Positions 59,929-61,992 of a stretch of DNA of 61,992 nucleotides are shown in pieces. Made by a program: the position numbers and the translations under genes. Below the pieces are notes generated by a model, which did no database searches, was not told where the DNA came from, and was given only the letters and a program-made list of their open reading frames with translations. Each line of letters opens with the position of its first letter. Within the stretch, counting starts at the first letter, position 1. The DNA comes from Bacillota bacterium (lineage in GTDB: Bacteria > Bacillota > JAAYKD01), in NCBI GenBank assembly GCA_963666425.2, contig CAXXTX010000016.1, positions 1-61,992 on the forward strand, written 5' to 3'.

Positions 59929-60376
59929 TTGCTTTCACCGCTTCCAATTAGGGGTAATTCCATTTCGTGTAGGGTTAAGTTAGTTGGTTGTGCAGAATGC
60001 TGTTGGTAGGTTGTGCAGAACGACGTTGGTAGGTTGTTCAAAGCGACATTGGCGGGTTGTGCAGAACGACGTTGGTAGGTTGTTCAAAGCGACGTTGGTG
60101 GAGTGATCACGCCGCTGGTGGAGTGATCATTTGCTTTCGCCGTTGCCAATCAGAGGCAATTCCATTTCGTGTAGGACAAAGTTGGTTGGTTGTTCAAAAC
60201 GTCGTTGGCAGGGTATTCATTTGCTTTCGCCATTGCCAATCAGAGGTAATTCCATTTCGTGTAAGGCATCGCTGGTAGGTTGTTCAAAACGCCGTTCGTA
60301 GGTTGCTCAAAACGACGTTGATGGAGTGATCATTTACTTTCGCCATTGCCAATCAGAGGTAATTCCATTTCGTGTA
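59925..60376. repeat. Four copies of a ~47-bp gene 3' end interspersed with GTTGGTAGGTTGT...AACGAC repeats
   Basis: Copies at ~59925, ~60127, ~60217 and ~60330 all encode LHEMELPLIG(N/S)GESK* on the minus strand. Confidence 0.88.
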
Positions 60377-60782
60377 AAATGCTTTGGGTTTCCACAATAG
60401 TCATGCCATGATGCAGGCAGTAAAGGATGGCGGCATCACGTTTGATGCGTGGATAAAGCAGGCTCATACCGGCGCAGCGCAGCAGTTCCTGTGCCGTTTC
60501 CACATTAGCGGCAAAGCCAAAGGCCAACTGCAGCACAGTATCGCGGGAGGGATTGCGCGTACCTTTGAAGAGCTGATGACCAAAGGAGCGTTCGATGTTC
60601 GCCCGTTTGATGATGCGCTCCGGCACCAAGCCTTGTTCGCGGCAGAGCGATGTGATTTTTTCACTGAAGGCAGGCAGCTGCATTTCCTCGGCATTTTTTT
60701 TCATGAATTGCTCCAGATTCGAGGTTTTAAACAGGCGCTTAAAAAGCATGCTGGTTTTACCTTGGTTTGCCGATTCACTCAT
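60330..60782 (-). CDS. XRE-like HTH protein
   Basis: Start MSESANQ at 60782; 'IIKRANIERSFGHQLFKGTRNPSRDTVLQLAFG...LYPRIKRD'. The longer upstream ORF extension is repeat-derived. Confidence 0.8.
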   Translation of the reverse strand: MSESANQGKTSMLFKRLFKTSNLEQFMKKNAEEMQLPAFSEKITSLCREQGLVPERIIKRANIERSFGHQLFKGTRNPSRDTVLQLAFGFAANVETAQELLRCAGMSLLYPRIKRDAAILYCLHHGMTIVETQSILHEMELPLIGNGESK

Positions 60783-60919
60783 GCTGCTCACTTCTTTCTT
60801 TGCCTTTGACGGTACTGCGCGGGGTGTGGTGACGGAGGATGAAGGACTGAGGATGGAGTGTGGAGGATGGGGACGGAGGACGAGGTACGGGGAGGTGACG
60901 GTGTAAATGTTTTGGGACA

Positions 60920-61992
60920 AAATACATTGGGAAACCACCAATTTACATCGGACTAAACGATAAATCACATTGGGAAACCACCAATTTACATTGGACTCTA
61001 AACGATTAATCACATTGGGTAAATGTAGGGAATGGTCTTGACCATTCCGCAACGTATCGCATAAGTCCGCAAAGATATATAAAAACGCTAAAATACGTTG
61101 GGCAAACCACCAATTTACATTTGCAAAACGATAAATCACATTGGGTAAATGTAGGGAATGGTCTTGACCATTCCGCAACGTATCGCATAAGTCCGCAAAG
61201 ATATATAAAAACGTCAAAGCATCCTGCATGGTTACCCGGACTTGGAACGTGAGTATCCGAGCTTGGAACGGGGTTACGCGGAATGGTCAAGACCATTCCC
61301 TACCTTGCACAATGTTTCATAACAAACCTGCAATGTATTTATAAAACGCCAAAATACATTGGACAAGACGATTAATCACGTTGAACAAACCACCAATTTA
61401 TATTGGCAAAAACGATAAATCACATTTGGACAAAACGCTAAATCACGTTGAGCAAAACGATTAATCAAATTGGGTAAACCATCAATTTACATTGGCAAAA
61501 CGATAAATCACGTTGGGTAAACCACCAATTTACATTGGGCAAAACGATTAATCACGTTGGACAAACCAACAATTTACATTGGCAAAACGATTAATCACAT
61601 TGGGAAACCACCAATTTACATTGCGAAACGATAAAACACATTGGATAAACCACCAAACCACATCGGACTAAACGATTAATCACATTGGGTAAATGTAGGG
61701 AATGGTCTTGACCATTCCGCAACGTATCGCATAAGTCCGCAATGGTATATAAAACGTCAAAGCACATTGCATGGTTACCCGGACTTGAAACGTGGGTATC
61801 CGAGCATGAAACATGGGAACCCATGCTTGGGACGGGGTTACGCGGAATGGTCAAGACCATTCCCTACCTTGCACAATGTTCATAACAAACCTGCAATGTA
61901 TTTATGAAACGCTAAAATACATTGGACAAGACGATTAATCACGTTGAACAAACCACCAATTTACATTGGCAAAAACGATAAATCACATTTGG
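60920..61992. repeat. REP cluster 5: REPIN-like doublets in an array of short alternating motifs
   Basis: GTAG-REP at 61025 and doublets at 61151-61303 and 61695-61867. Many AAACCACCAATTTACATTGG and AAAACGAT(T/A)AATCAC(A/G)TTG units; a ~300-bp duplication. Confidence 0.88.

Noticed and set aside
59925-60376. Diversity-generating retroelement TR/VR pair
   Set aside because: There is no reverse transcriptase in the window, and the differences are mostly synonymous and not confined to adenines.
60783-61229. N-terminal half of the 299-aa ORF 60330..61229
   Set aside because: It is derived from repeat DNA; the plausible start is the ATG at 60782.
1-61992. tRNA, rRNA or RAYT genes
   Set aside because: None were recognised by eye; a tRNAscan or HMM search would be needed to exclude them formally.

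Overview
Accessory region of a Bacillota (Clostridia-like) chromosome; the assignment is inferred from SLH proteins, a clostridial-type ComK and sigmaA promoters. Left to right it holds the 5' part of a large secreted repeat-domain surface protein and a type III Wadjet operon (jetDABC). Next comes an IS110 element inserted exactly inside a GTAG-type REP, whose non-coding end has recognisable bridge-RNA target and donor guides. It is followed by three AAA_14/DUF4143 ATPase paralogues, an HTH + AlbA_2/HATPase pair, a Kiwa system (kwaAB) and an IS256 interrupted by an IS21. A mosaic ~27 kb Wzx/Wzy polysaccharide locus follows (CapD, DegT aminotransferases, FnlABC, TviB/WbpP-like, CDP-glycerol module), then comK and an HTH-kinase-SLH gene trio. 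The most striking structure is non-coding. Modular arrays of several REP-like motifs separate the accessory modules, and one hairpin motif (TGTGCCAACACCCCCGTCCCCCTGGAACA) repeatedly marks exact gene breakpoints. At least eight +1 homopolymer frameshifts look like long-read consensus errors rather than real pseudogenes. All protein family calls come from motif recognition by eye, not from database searches.
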